Shown: one piece after another, positions 15,276-24,997 of the stretch
Numbering within the stretch: the first letter of the stretch is position 1
Layout of the letters: each line of letters starts with the position of its first letter
Notes under the pieces: model-generated
Databases searched by the model: none
The model's input: only the letters and a program-made list of their open reading frames with translations
What the model was told of the DNA's origin: nothing
From: an uncultured Bacilli bacterium
Lineage (GTDB): Bacteria; Bacillota_I; Bacilli_A; RF39; UBA660
Direction: 5' to 3'
Assembly (NCBI GenBank): GCA_947588865.1
Contig: CANPYQ010000001.1
Coordinates: 1-36,877 of the forward strand
DNA length: 36,877 nucleotides
Made by a program: the position numbers and the translations under genes

Positions 15276-17393
15276 ATGTATGTATTATCACTAAATATGT
15301 GGTTTCAAAAATTAATTAGACAATTTTTCTTTGCGATTGATAAAATTGTTTATAATTTTATACCTGCTATATATGACTTACTTATATCAATTGCGAGAAC
15401 TTCTCCTATTTCACAGGCAGATATATCTGATATGGCTAATAGAATATATAAACTATTAACAATTTTTATGATATTTAAGGTAACTTTTTCCCTTATTATG
15501 TATGTTGTTAATCCAGATGATTTTTCTGATAAATCAAAAGGTTTATCTAAACTCGGAACTAATATAATAATATCTTTAGCTCTATTAATTATAACACCTT
15601 ATATATTTAGTTATGCCTATCAACTACAAACTATTATTCTTGAAGATAACTCTTTAGCTACTTTAATATTTGGCGAAAACAATAATAAAACATTTTTTAA
15701 TACAGCTGGGGATGATATGGCTTTCATTGTCATGAGCCCATTTTTTACTCCAAATACAGCACAAAGGGAGTTATATGATTGTACTGAACTTGTAGTAAGG
15801 CAAAATGGAGTAGAATTATTTAATCCATCTTGTTCTGGATTTGATGAAAATGGTAATAAAAATAATGATGATACTTCTCTTGCTGCTCTAATTAATAAGA
15901 ACTATTTCCCTGAAGATGACTTAAAAACTTATGTAGCTGGTGTAAATTCGGGTAACTTGGGACTTATGTTTAGACAAGATATAGCCTTGGCAACAAAGGA
16001 TAATGATTGGTTTATAATAGATTATAAATATATATTTAGTACTGTGGTTGGGATCGTTGTTGTCTTTCTTCTTATAACTTTTTGTATGGATGTTGCTTTA
16101 CGAAGCATTAAACTTGCATTTTTACAGTTAGTTGCACCAATTCCAATTATATCTTATGTTGATCCTAAAAGTGGAAAAGATGGATTGTTTAAGAAATGGT
16201 ATCAGATGTGTTTTAAAACATTCGCAAGTTTATTTGTAAGGCTTATTGCACTTTATTTTGGGGTTTTCATAATAAGCAAGGTAGCAGATAGAAAATTAGT
16301 GGATATAATAGATGGATCCTATGTATCTAATGGTTTAATAGCGATATTTATAATAATAGGTGCTTTAATGTTTGCTAAACAATTACCAAAGATACTAGAA
16401 GGATTAGGTATTAAATTAGATGGAGATGGTAAGTTCTTCTTGAATCCACTTAAGAAATTTGAAGAGCAAGCAATAGGTGGTAAAAATGTAACTGGAATGG
16501 CCAGGGGAGCTCTAGTTGGAACTGCTGGTGCATTGACTGGGGCAGGACTTGCTGCTGGGCTTTCTGGCGCTTGGCGAGGATTAAAAAATGGAAAAGGTTG
16601 GACTGAGACAGGTAAAGCTACTGCAGAGATGAATAGAAAAATGCGTCAAGCAAAATTAAATGGTTCAACTTTTGCAGGCAGAATGGGTGCTAGGGTTACT
16701 AATGCAACAGGACTAAGGAGTCAGAGTGAGTCTATTGAAAAGCAAAAAAATGCACTTCAAAAAGAAATAGATGTAATTGAAGGTGAGAAAAAACGACTTG
16801 AAGCTCAAATAGCACCAGAAAAAACTAAAATTAGAAATAATGAAAGTACATCTTCTGCAATAAAAGCTATGCAAGATAGAGCTGTTTCAAAAGTAAAAGA
16901 AGGTAATGGTGCACAGGGTACAACATATCAAGAACTACTCAGAGCTGCTGAGGCCATTAAAAATAATAATTTTGGGAGTCCGAGACTTATAACTGATAGT
17001 TTAGGAAATAGTTATACTGTAACTAATGCTAATAAAGGTGCAATTGCCAAAGAAATAGAACAAAGAGCTGAAAGGTATGCAAATGTAGAGGGTAGAGATG
17101 CATGGCTTGATGATGCGTTATCATCAGGCTCTGATACTAAATTAACAAATTTATATAGTGAATATAAGACAAAGGCGAATATTAGTGGGCATGATATAAA
17201 AGCAACTGCTTCTGATTTAGATAATCAAAGTAAAACAATTTCAACTGATACAACTAATATTAAAAATAATATTGCAACAACAGAACAAAGCATTAGCAAT
17301 AAAGAAGATGAAATTAAAGAAAAAAATGTTAAAATGCAAGAATTTAACAAGAAAGAAAAAGTTGCTAAAGCAAATGAAGATGCTATTAAGTAA
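15276..17393 (+). CDS. VirB6/TrbL-like polytopic T4SS membrane protein with a Gly-rich and coiled-coil C-terminal extension
   Basis: RBS AAGGAGG. There are at least 6 hydrophobic helices in the first ~400 aa, then GALVGTAGALTGAGLAAGLSGAW and a long charged coiled-coil tail. The gene lies immediately upstream of the VirB3-like and VirB4 genes. Confidence 0.6.
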   Translation: MYVLSLNMWFQKLIRQFFFAIDKIVYNFIPAIYDLLISIARTSPISQADISDMANRIYKLLTIFMIFKVTFSLIMYVVNPDDFSDKSKGLSKLGTNIIISLALLIITPYIFSYAYQLQTIILEDNSLATLIFGENNNKTFFNTAGDDMAFIVMSPFFTPNTAQRELYDCTELVVRQNGVELFNPSCSGFDENGNKNNDDTSLAALINKNYFPEDDLKTYVAGVNSGNLGLMFRQDIALATKDNDWFIIDYKYIFSTVVGIVVVFLLITFCMDVALRSIKLAFLQLVAPIPIISYVDPKSGKDGLFKKWYQMCFKTFASLFVRLIALYFGVFIISKVADRKLVDIIDGSYVSNGLIAIFIIIGALMFAKQLPKILEGLGIKLDGDGKFFLNPLKKFEEQAIGGKNVTGMARGALVGTAGALTGAGLAAGLSGAWRGLKNGKGWTETGKATAEMNRKMRQAKLNGSTFAGRMGARVTNATGLRSQSESIEKQKNALQKEIDVIEGEKKRLEAQIAPEKTKIRNNESTSSAIKAMQDRAVSKVKEGNGAQGTTYQELLRAAEAIKNNNFGSPRLITDSLGNSYTVTNANKGAIAKEIEQRAERYANVEGRDAWLDDALSSGSDTKLTNLYSEYKTKANISGHDIKATASDLDNQSKTISTDTTNIKNNIATTEQSISNKEDEIKEKNVKMQEFNKKEKVAKANEDAIK

Positions 17394-17413
17394 TAAAAAG
17401 GGTGTGATACTAA

Positions 17414-17734
17414 ATGGACAATTCATATTTAATACCTGCTAACTCAAAAAAAAGTATTCTTATTTTTGGTGTATTTAATACATTTGATTTAGTATTATTT
17501 GGAACTGGACTTGGAATATCATTTTTACTAATGATGTTCCTTCCAATTAACAATTTTTGGATCGCAATTTTATCAATTACTCCTGGTATTATATGTGGTT
17601 TTTTGGTTTTCCCAATACCAAATTATCATAATGTTAGAACTGTAATTAAGAATGCTTGGATATTTTATACTACAAGACAAAGATATATATGGAAAGGTTG
17701 GTGTGCTGGTGATGGCGAAGCAAGTAAAAAGTAA
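17414..17734 (+). CDS. PrgI/TcpE/VirB3-like small two-TM T4SS protein
   Basis: 106 aa, with two hydrophobic helices (ILIFGVFNTFDLVLFGTGLGISFLLMMF and WIAILSITPGIICGFLVF). Its position directly before VirB4 is typical. Confidence 0.6.
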   Translation: MDNSYLIPANSKKSILIFGVFNTFDLVLFGTGLGISFLLMMFLPINNFWIAILSITPGIICGFLVFPIPNYHNVRTVIKNAWIFYTTRQRYIWKGWCAGDGEASKK

Positions 17735-18251
17735 ATATACTGATATACCTATAAAAAATATCACTAATGGTGTTATTATACTTGATAATAATCAAAAAGT
17801 TACGGGTGTTAAAATAATGCCAAGAAATATATTTATTCTTGATCCTGATATGCAAAATGCAATAATAACGAATTTAAAAAATGTCTATAATGCAATAGAC
17901 TATGAGTTTTGGATTGTTGTTGCTGATAGACCTGTTGATATTAATGTATACTTATCTCAATTACAATTGTTATATAATCAAATAAATGATACAAAAAAAA
18001 GAAAATTGATATTAGAAGATATTAATAAAGCTAATATGTTTATGAATAACAATGTTGTTGATACAGAATATTTCTTACTATTTAAGGATAAGGATAATGA
18101 TTTATTACAGAAAAGAATACGTAACTTAATAAATAATTTTGCAAGTGCAGGACTCACTGCTTTTCAGACTACAAATGATGATTTGAGAATGATTCTTGAT
18201 AATTTCTTAAATGGTGGACAAACTACTACATTTGGGACGGTGTTAGCGTAA
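17712..18251 (+). CDS. VirB4 N-terminal-domain-like protein (separate ORF)
   Basis: The ORF track starts at 17652, inside the previous gene. I prefer ATG 17712 (MAKQVKSKYTDIPIKNITNGVIILDNNQKVTGVKIMPRNIFIL...). This resembles the N-terminus of Firmicutes VirB4-type ATPases. It ends in a TAATG overlap with the ATPase gene. Confidence 0.6.
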   Translation: MAKQVKSKYTDIPIKNITNGVIILDNNQKVTGVKIMPRNIFILDPDMQNAIITNLKNVYNAIDYEFWIVVADRPVDINVYLSQLQLLYNQINDTKKRKLILEDINKANMFMNNNVVDTEYFLLFKDKDNDLLQKRIRNLINNFASAGLTAFQTTNDDLRMILDNFLNGGQTTTFGTVLA

Positions 18252-20035
18252 TGGATATAAAAAGTCAAATAGCTCCAAAAGGGTTGGAGTTTAAATCTAA
18301 TGAATTTATAATAAGTGATAAATATGCTTGCATATTAACTATAATATCATATCCTAAATTTATATATCCAGGCTATTTAAGTAGTTTAACAAGTATGTCT
18401 GGAATTAAAGTGGTAATTAAGCATATACCATTACCATTTAGTAGTATAAGCAAAATGTTAAACAAGGAATTAGCTGATTTAAGGCAAAGATATCAAGAGG
18501 AGAAAGATAAAACAATTCAGGAAAGAATAAGACAGGACTATGAGTCATTAGAAATGTTTGTTAGTGAGCTCGCTGCCAGTCAATCTAAAATATATGATTT
18601 TCAAATGCATGTTATGATAACAGCAGATACACAAGAAGATTTAGATTTGAAAAAGGTTCAAGTAAAAAATTATTTAGAAGCTATGGAAATGAGGGGAATA
18701 CCTCTTAGATTTGAACAAGATAAAGTATTAAAATCTATTTTACCTATATATGGTAAACAAGATATTGAGGATAGAATAGGTACTCCTATTCCAACTCCCA
18801 CTATAGCAGCAATGTATCCATTTATATTTGACAGTATAAAAGATCCAGGACTTTCAACATTACTTGGAATTGATTTTTCAGGTGGTGTAATTCTGTTTAA
18901 TCAGTTTTTGTATCAAATAAAAAAGGAACATAATAGAAATAATGCTAACATGATTATTTTAGGTACATCTGGTAGTGGTAAATCTACTGCTGCAAAATTG
19001 TTATTAAGAAGTCATATTAGAAATAATAATCAAATTGTTGTTATAGATCCTGAGGGAGAATTAGAGGAAATGACAAAATCTTTTGATGGAGATTTTATAA
19101 GTCTTGGAAAAGGTGGAGCATTCGGAATGATTAATCCACTTGAAGTAATAGTAGATGCAGATGATGAAGAGATGAACCAAGGACTTGGTTATACTGTTTT
19201 TACTCGTACTTTACAGACTATAAAGGCATTCTTAAAATATTATGATCCTAGTATAACTGAGGATGTAGTTAATATGTTCAGTGAGATTGTTCAAGAAACT
19301 TATAAAAGATTTGGGATAGATTTTAATTCAGATTTTACAAAATTTAAACCAGAGGATTTTCCAACATTTAAGGATGTATATGCTACGATAAAGGGTAGAA
19401 TATTATCTATGCCAGAAAAAAGTCAAGAAAAGGATGTTCTTGAAAAATTAGAAATAAAAATAAGACCAATAATTAGAGAGCTTAGATATTATTTTGATGG
19501 ACATACAACAATAAAACCTAAAAGTAATTTTATAGTATTTAACATAAAAGAACTTATGAATGCGGATAGTAATATAAGAAATGCTTTATTCTTTAATATA
19601 TTGAAATATGCTTGGGGTCTTACGCTTGATAGTACAGTAAATACTATTATGATGGTTGATGAAGCACATGTTCTCCTTAGCGGAGGTAATACTTTAGGAG
19701 CTGACTTTTTAGCTCAAATACAAAGAAGGGCTAGAAAATATAATACAGGTACAATAATAATAACGCAACAACCTACAGATTTTAGTGATCAAAGTGTTAT
19801 TACGCAAGGAAAAGCTATATTTGATAACGCATCATATTATCTTGTAATGGGATTAAGAAAACAAGCTGTAGATGATTTAGCTAAACTTATTGATTTAAAT
19901 GATAATGAGAAAGAAAGTATTAAGCAATATGGACAAGGAGAGGCACTATTTGTGTGTGGCTCTAGACGTATGAGAATAAATGTGATTGTATCAGATGAAG
20001 AGTTAGATGCATTTGGAAGTGGCGGCGGATTATAG
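18251..20035 (+). CDS. VirB4-family T4SS ATPase (central and ATPase domains)
   Basis: Walker A GTSGSGKST, Walker B IMMVDEAH, IIITQQPTDF. The N-terminal IAPKGLEFKSNEFIISDKYACILTIISYPKFIYPGYLS matches the conserved VirB4/TraE middle-region pattern. Confidence 0.9.
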   Translation: MDIKSQIAPKGLEFKSNEFIISDKYACILTIISYPKFIYPGYLSSLTSMSGIKVVIKHIPLPFSSISKMLNKELADLRQRYQEEKDKTIQERIRQDYESLEMFVSELAASQSKIYDFQMHVMITADTQEDLDLKKVQVKNYLEAMEMRGIPLRFEQDKVLKSILPIYGKQDIEDRIGTPIPTPTIAAMYPFIFDSIKDPGLSTLLGIDFSGGVILFNQFLYQIKKEHNRNNANMIILGTSGSGKSTAAKLLLRSHIRNNNQIVVIDPEGELEEMTKSFDGDFISLGKGGAFGMINPLEVIVDADDEEMNQGLGYTVFTRTLQTIKAFLKYYDPSITEDVVNMFSEIVQETYKRFGIDFNSDFTKFKPEDFPTFKDVYATIKGRILSMPEKSQEKDVLEKLEIKIRPIIRELRYYFDGHTTIKPKSNFIVFNIKELMNADSNIRNALFFNILKYAWGLTLDSTVNTIMMVDEAHVLLSGGNTLGADFLAQIQRRARKYNTGTIIITQQPTDFSDQSVITQGKAIFDNASYYLVMGLRKQAVDDLAKLIDLNDNEKESIKQYGQGEALFVCGSRRMRINVIVSDEELDAFGSGGGL

Positions 20036-20055
20036 ATCTTATAGGAGGTATTTAA

Positions 20056-22062
20056 ATGAATAATAATACAGATATATTTGAAAAAGATAGTAAAGAAAAT
20101 TATATAAAAAATTTAAATGCCTCAAATGAGGCAAAAAGGCTTGAGAACAAAATAAAAGTTTATAGAAGTAATTTAAATAATAATAGTTATAATAATAGTC
20201 ATAGTAATAATAGTTATATTAATAATAATTCAAAAAATAAAAATAGCATGTTAAAAATAAGTACGACAAAACAGAAACCATCAAGTACTAATAATAGTAA
20301 GCTAACTAATAAAATCGCAAAAACTGGTCTTCAAGCTGCAGGAGTTCCAAAACCTCTTGCAGATACAGCAGTTAATAGTGAAATAGGTCAAAAAACTATA
20401 TCTAGATTAAAAAAGAAAAATTTTGCACTTAATATGTTTGATAGATTAACACAAGGTAGTGATATCAAGAAAAAAGAAGATTTAGAATCTAATGGTGGTA
20501 ATACTAGTTTTTCATTTTCAAGAAAAGAAAAAAGAAGTATTGGAATAGCTTCATTAGTTTTTATTGGTGTAATCTTTGTTTTCTGTGGCTTATTTATTAC
20601 GTCATCAACTGTCTATTTAAATGCTGTTGGATTCGGTAGTGCGGATTCGCTTAAAGGAAAAGATGTAGAAGATAAAATAAATAAAAAATCAGATAATGTA
20701 GATGAGGATATAGCTAATCAAGATGCTGTTGCTTTTGATATTTTTATAGATAATTCAGACAGTTTGAAATTTTCAAAATCAAAGTTAGATAGTTCTAATC
20801 TAATAAAAACAAAAAAAGTAACTGAAGATGTTCAAGATGATAATAATTTATATTATATTGAAAAAGATTATGGAGCGGATATACTTGATAATTTAGAGGA
20901 CTTTTATCCATCTATAAATGATGATAGTAAAAATTATAATGAAAGAATGGTATATGATTTTTATTATAAAATGTATAAGATTTATATTACATATAGAGAT
21001 TACTATGGTGTCTATTTAGATTTGCCACTTTTAATGTCGACGCTTACTATACAATCTAGTGATATGAATGTCGTTTTTGAATCCAATTTAAGTTCTGAAG
21101 ATAAAGGTAATGATATAGACCCTAATGAATATTCTTTTTGTAAAAATTGGAGTTCTTATTCCACAAATAGAGATGATAGTTCACATGACATGGAAGTTTT
21201 AGCTCAACATATGGTATCACAACAAGTTGAAGAATATTGTAAAGATTCTTCGGGTAATAAAACAAAAAGCAATATTTTAAAAGATAATGAAATAGGTACA
21301 CAAACCTTAACTTGTGATGAAGGTCAAACATATGGAACAAGTGATGTTACATTAGAATTTGATAGGGAAAAGTATACGGAATTTTTAAGAGAATTTTTAG
21401 AAAAAAAATATTACATAGATGAAAATCTTACGTTGTCAAGCGTTGATATACATTATGATTGTAGTAAAAAAGTTAACAATAATACAAGTAGCGAAAATAA
21501 TGATAATTCAATAAGTAATTCGACATCAGATATTGTTAATCCATTTGCTAAAGCTATGATTGAGCTTGCAAATAAAGAGTATGCTGAAAATCAGGGATAT
21601 AATGACGGAATTAAATATACAAATGCAATGGGATATGCTCCTGGGACTCCTTGGTGTGCTATGTTTGTATGGTGGCTAGGACTCAATACTTCAGTAGATG
21701 GTAAGACTTTAGTTGATGATATAGTACCTTTCGGATCGGCTGGAACAGGAACATATATAAGACTCTTTAATAATAGTACTAAAGAAAATATAAATTTTTA
21801 TTATAATGATAATTGTAGTCGTTTAGCTGGAAAAAATAATAGTAATAATAAATATGTACCTAAGCCAGGGGATTATATATTCTTTGATTGGGAGGCAAAT
21901 TACTATGATATTTCTTCAGATACTCAAGATCACACTGCTTTAGTAGAAAAGTATGAGAATGGTACTATATATACTATAGAAGGAAATTCTAGCGATACAA
22001 TAAGAAAAAAAAGCTATGATATTAATGACTGTCGAGTTATAGGATTTGGCTCTTGGTATTAG
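20056..22062 (+). CDS. T4SS-associated cell-wall hydrolase with a C-terminal CHAP domain
   Basis: RBS AGGAGG. An Asn-rich N-terminus, one TM segment (IASLVFIGVIFVFCGLFI), and a C-terminal CHAP domain with GTPWCAMFVWW (Cys nucleophile) and DHTALVEKYENGTIYTIEGN. Confidence 0.85.
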   Translation: MNNNTDIFEKDSKENYIKNLNASNEAKRLENKIKVYRSNLNNNSYNNSHSNNSYINNNSKNKNSMLKISTTKQKPSSTNNSKLTNKIAKTGLQAAGVPKPLADTAVNSEIGQKTISRLKKKNFALNMFDRLTQGSDIKKKEDLESNGGNTSFSFSRKEKRSIGIASLVFIGVIFVFCGLFITSSTVYLNAVGFGSADSLKGKDVEDKINKKSDNVDEDIANQDAVAFDIFIDNSDSLKFSKSKLDSSNLIKTKKVTEDVQDDNNLYYIEKDYGADILDNLEDFYPSINDDSKNYNERMVYDFYYKMYKIYITYRDYYGVYLDLPLLMSTLTIQSSDMNVVFESNLSSEDKGNDIDPNEYSFCKNWSSYSTNRDDSSHDMEVLAQHMVSQQVEEYCKDSSGNKTKSNILKDNEIGTQTLTCDEGQTYGTSDVTLEFDREKYTEFLREFLEKKYYIDENLTLSSVDIHYDCSKKVNNNTSSENNDNSISNSTSDIVNPFAKAMIELANKEYAENQGYNDGIKYTNAMGYAPGTPWCAMFVWWLGLNTSVDGKTLVDDIVPFGSAGTGTYIRLFNNSTKENINFYYNDNCSRLAGKNNSNNKYVPKPGDYIFFDWEANYYDISSDTQDHTALVEKYENGTIYTIEGNSSDTIRKKSYDINDCRVIGFGSWY

Positions 22063-22070
22063 GAGGTAAT

Positions 22071-22727
22071 ATGAAAAAATTATTAATATTTTTGTTAATA
22101 GTATTTTTGCTAAGTGGTTGTACATCTAATTACAATTTGGAAATAAGTAATAATAGTTTTAAAGAAAATATCAATGCAACTATTAATAAAAATGAAATAC
22201 CTACATCTTCTCCGTACCCTGAAATAGAGCTAGATGATCAAATAACTCCGTTTTTAAATAAAGACTATTCTGCAATTTTTTCAGATGATAAAGCTCTATA
22301 TAAAAAAAGAGTTACTTATTTAGATAATTATATAAATGTAGATATGAGTTACAAATATAATGAACAAGAATTTTATAATTCAAATTCTTTAAAATTATGT
22401 TTTGATAATTATGAATTTTCATACGAAGATGATTATTATATACATGCTTATGGTAGATTTTATTGCTTGTATAGTGATTCTTTAGATATAAACATTAAGA
22501 CAAATAATAAAGTTTTATCACATAATGCCGATGAGGTAAATGGTAACACATATACTTGGCATGTTAATAAAGACAATTTAGATAATTTAGATATAAATAT
22601 AAAAGTAGATAAAGGTATTAATAAAGAAACGATAACAACTATAATAATAGTAATATTTATAATAATTATACTTTCAATAGTCGGTTTAGTTGTATATAAA
22701 AAGGGTTCAAAAGAAAATAAAATATAG
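22071..22727 (+). CDS. Lipoprotein with an additional C-terminal TM anchor
   Basis: The ORF track starts at 22053. I prefer ATG 22071 after GGAGG. Lipobox LLSGC. C-terminal ITTIIIVIFIIIILSIVGLVVYKKG. Confidence 0.75.
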   Translation: MKKLLIFLLIVFLLSGCTSNYNLEISNNSFKENINATINKNEIPTSSPYPEIELDDQITPFLNKDYSAIFSDDKALYKKRVTYLDNYINVDMSYKYNEQEFYNSNSLKLCFDNYEFSYEDDYYIHAYGRFYCLYSDSLDINIKTNNKVLSHNADEVNGNTYTWHVNKDNLDNLDINIKVDKGINKETITTIIIVIFIIIILSIVGLVVYKKGSKENKI

Positions 22728-22741
22728 TTTGAGGTGGGATT

Positions 22742-24001
22742 GTGTTCAAAAAATTTATAAAATTTAATATACTTACTGTAGCTTTATTTTATTTTTTATT
22801 TTATAATAATGTAAGAGCTTACGAATATATAGATTCAAAAAATGAATCACAGATTAATGATATGATAGTTGAAATATTTGATGCAAAGGAACAATATGAA
22901 GATTTAGCGGGAGATGATATTAAAAGTGAATTAGCTGTAGTGCATGAGGCTACTTCAAATTCATATTGGTGGCCAATAGGTAGTGAAGAAACCATAGAAG
23001 TAAATGGAATTATTTATGCAAAAGGGGATCCATTAGTTACCGGTATAACATCTAATTTTGGATATAGAGAGGACCCATTTAATAGAGGTAAAAAATTGCA
23101 CTCAGGGATAGATATATCAGATGCTAATTCTTCTAATAATGTAAATATAATTGCATCTAAATCTGGAGTAGTTGTATATCCAACTGCTGATGTTCAGAAT
23201 AATTGTCCATCTAGTAGTTCTTTATCCAACTGTGGTGGTGGATATGGAAATTATGTTGTAATACAACATAGTGATGGTAATTATACTTTGTATGGACATA
23301 TGTATGAAGGCTCTATAACGGTTAAAGCTGGAGATTCTGTTGAGCAAGGACAAGTTATAGGTAAAATGGGTAGTAGTGGAAATTCCACAGGTAATCATCT
23401 TCACTTTGAAGTACGAGAAGGTCAGAATGCATATTCTGCGACTGTAGATCCATTAAATTATGTATCGGCGGACACTCCAAGAATGATATTTAGTGGTAGC
23501 GGAAAAATTTATGATTTTATAAACAGTTATGAAGGGAATACTGGTATAGTTGGTGATAGTTATAAAATTATAAATATTGGAGATGGTATGAGGAGTGTAG
23601 GCCATGGAGTTACTTTAGAAAATTGTTGGCAGTATTTTCAAAAATATGGATATGAAGTAAGAAATTTATCTGTTGGTGATACACTTCCAATTTCAATAGT
23701 TGATCAAGTTGAATTAGATATAATTGACTATAACAGAAATTATATTGAAAATACGATTTCTGATAATTCTATAAAACTTGAAATTTATCAAATAGATGCA
23801 TTAATTTCACAAATGTATAATATGGGTAATATTTCTGGATTTGTAAATGCTTATAAAAAATATGGAAATACACAAGAATTTTTTGAAAATTGGTTTTTCA
23901 GAGGTACTAGCCCTGGTTCTGGGTTTGAAGCTGGATTATCTAAAAGAAGAAAGGCAGAATGGACTTTGTTTCATACAGGCGAATATGTATATGCTAGTTA
24001 G
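22742..24001 (+). CDS. Bifunctional peptidoglycan hydrolase: M23 metallopeptidase plus GH24-type lysozyme-like domain
   Basis: GTG start after GAGGTGG. N-terminal signal/TM segment. M23 motifs HSGIDIS and GNHLHFEV. The C-terminal FINSYEGNTG...IGDGMRSVGHGVT...QIDALISQMYNMG follows the phage-lysozyme (GH24) pattern. Confidence 0.85.
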   Translation: MFKKFIKFNILTVALFYFLFYNNVRAYEYIDSKNESQINDMIVEIFDAKEQYEDLAGDDIKSELAVVHEATSNSYWWPIGSEETIEVNGIIYAKGDPLVTGITSNFGYREDPFNRGKKLHSGIDISDANSSNNVNIIASKSGVVVYPTADVQNNCPSSSSLSNCGGGYGNYVVIQHSDGNYTLYGHMYEGSITVKAGDSVEQGQVIGKMGSSGNSTGNHLHFEVREGQNAYSATVDPLNYVSADTPRMIFSGSGKIYDFINSYEGNTGIVGDSYKIINIGDGMRSVGHGVTLENCWQYFQKYGYEVRNLSVGDTLPISIVDQVELDIIDYNRNYIENTISDNSIKLEIYQIDALISQMYNMGNISGFVNAYKKYGNTQEFFENWFFRGTSPGSGFEAGLSKRRKAEWTLFHTGEYVYAS

Positions 24002-24009
24002 GAGAATTT

Positions 24010-24525
24010 ATGAAAGATAAATCTAAATTAATAGCTATTATTTTGGCTGTTATTGCAGTAATTATTTTAATAGTTTCGAATGTAGTGAATAATAAAAATG
24101 AAGATAAAAAAAGTATAAATATAGTAACAAATTATAGTAATTTTTATACTGTTAATTCTTGTTTATATAGATTTATTACGTATTTATCTTCAAATGATAA
24201 ACAAAGTTTGTTGCTCGTTTTAGATGAAAATTATAAAAAGAAAAATAAAGTGAATGAAAATAATGTTATAGAAATAATCGGTTCTGTGGATGCTGATTCA
24301 ACTTTTGTGTCACAAAAAATGTATTATGAAAGGTTAAACAAAAATATTACTAAATATTATGTCTATGGTAATATAGAAAAAAATCAGATGGATGAAGATG
24401 GAACAATTGATTCTGAGTCTTCTAATGAAAAATATTTTATCGTTTATTTAGATTCTACCAATAAGACTTTTTCAGTTGAGCCATATTCAGGTGAAATATT
24501 CAATGGTGGTGAATATGATGAATAG
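24010..24525 (+). CDS. N-terminally anchored small protein, candidate VirB8/TcpC-like (NTF2-like) T4SS component
   Basis: RBS AGGAG. One N-terminal TM segment and a ~140-aa ectodomain. The size, topology and position between the hydrolases and VirD4 fit VirB8-like proteins. No diagnostic motif was seen. Confidence 0.45.
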   Translation: MKDKSKLIAIILAVIAVIILIVSNVVNNKNEDKKSINIVTNYSNFYTVNSCLYRFITYLSSNDKQSLLLVLDENYKKKNKVNENNVIEIIGSVDADSTFVSQKMYYERLNKNITKYYVYGNIEKNQMDEDGTIDSESSNEKYFIVYLDSTNKTFSVEPYSGEIFNGGEYDE

Positions 24526-24988
24526 TAAATCTATTAAAAGTGTAGTTATTATTGCTATAATCGTAGTAATATTTGGTTTAGTTTACTTTTTATTTAAAAC
24601 AATTTTCGGTAATAATTCCGATAATTATAATCAATATCTTAAAGACTATAAAGTTAATGAATATATTCCAACTTATGTATCTGATGAGTCAATGGTAAAA
24701 ATATATTTAAATGATTATGTATATAATATGTATTATGATATTGATAAAGCTTATAATTCTTTAGATGAAAATTATAGAAATGAAAAATTTGGAAATAAAG
24801 AGAATTATATTAATTATGTAAATTCTCTAAATTATAGTACATATAATCTCACAAGATATTATAAACAAGAAAAAGATGGGTATATAATATTTGGAGCATA
24901 TGATCAGAATAATAATTTATACATATTTAAAACTAAAGGGGTTATGCAATATGTGGTATTTTTAGATGATTATACAGTAGAAATTTAG
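24515..24988 (+). CDS. N-terminally anchored small protein, second candidate VirB8-like component
   Basis: The ORF track starts at 24476. I prefer ATG 24515 or 24518 after GGTGGTGA. It overlaps the previous stop by 11 nt and has the same TM-plus-ectodomain layout. Confidence 0.45.
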   Translation: MMNSKSIKSVVIIAIIVVIFGLVYFLFKTIFGNNSDNYNQYLKDYKVNEYIPTYVSDESMVKIYLNDYVYNMYYDIDKAYNSLDENYRNEKFGNKENYINYVNSLNYSTYNLTRYYKQEKDGYIIFGAYDQNNNLYIFKTKGVMQYVVFLDDYTVEI

Positions 24989-24997
24989 GTGATTATC

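Noticed and set aside
17652-17711. The upstream extension of the VirB4-N ORF (MLGYFILQDKDIYGKVGVLV...), which would overlap the VirB3-like gene by 83 nt.
   Set aside because: The extension is just the alternative frame of the VirB3-like C-terminus. The ATG at 17712 gives a product starting in the conserved VirB4-N-like sequence with a much shorter overlap.
20170-20235. Imperfect short tandem repeats (aataatagttat / aataatagtcat ...) encoding the Asn/Ser-rich tract of the CHAP protein, as a contingency locus.
   Set aside because: The repeats are degenerate and in-frame and are typical low-complexity linker sequence in AT-rich genomes. There is no perfect repeat unit that would favour slippage.
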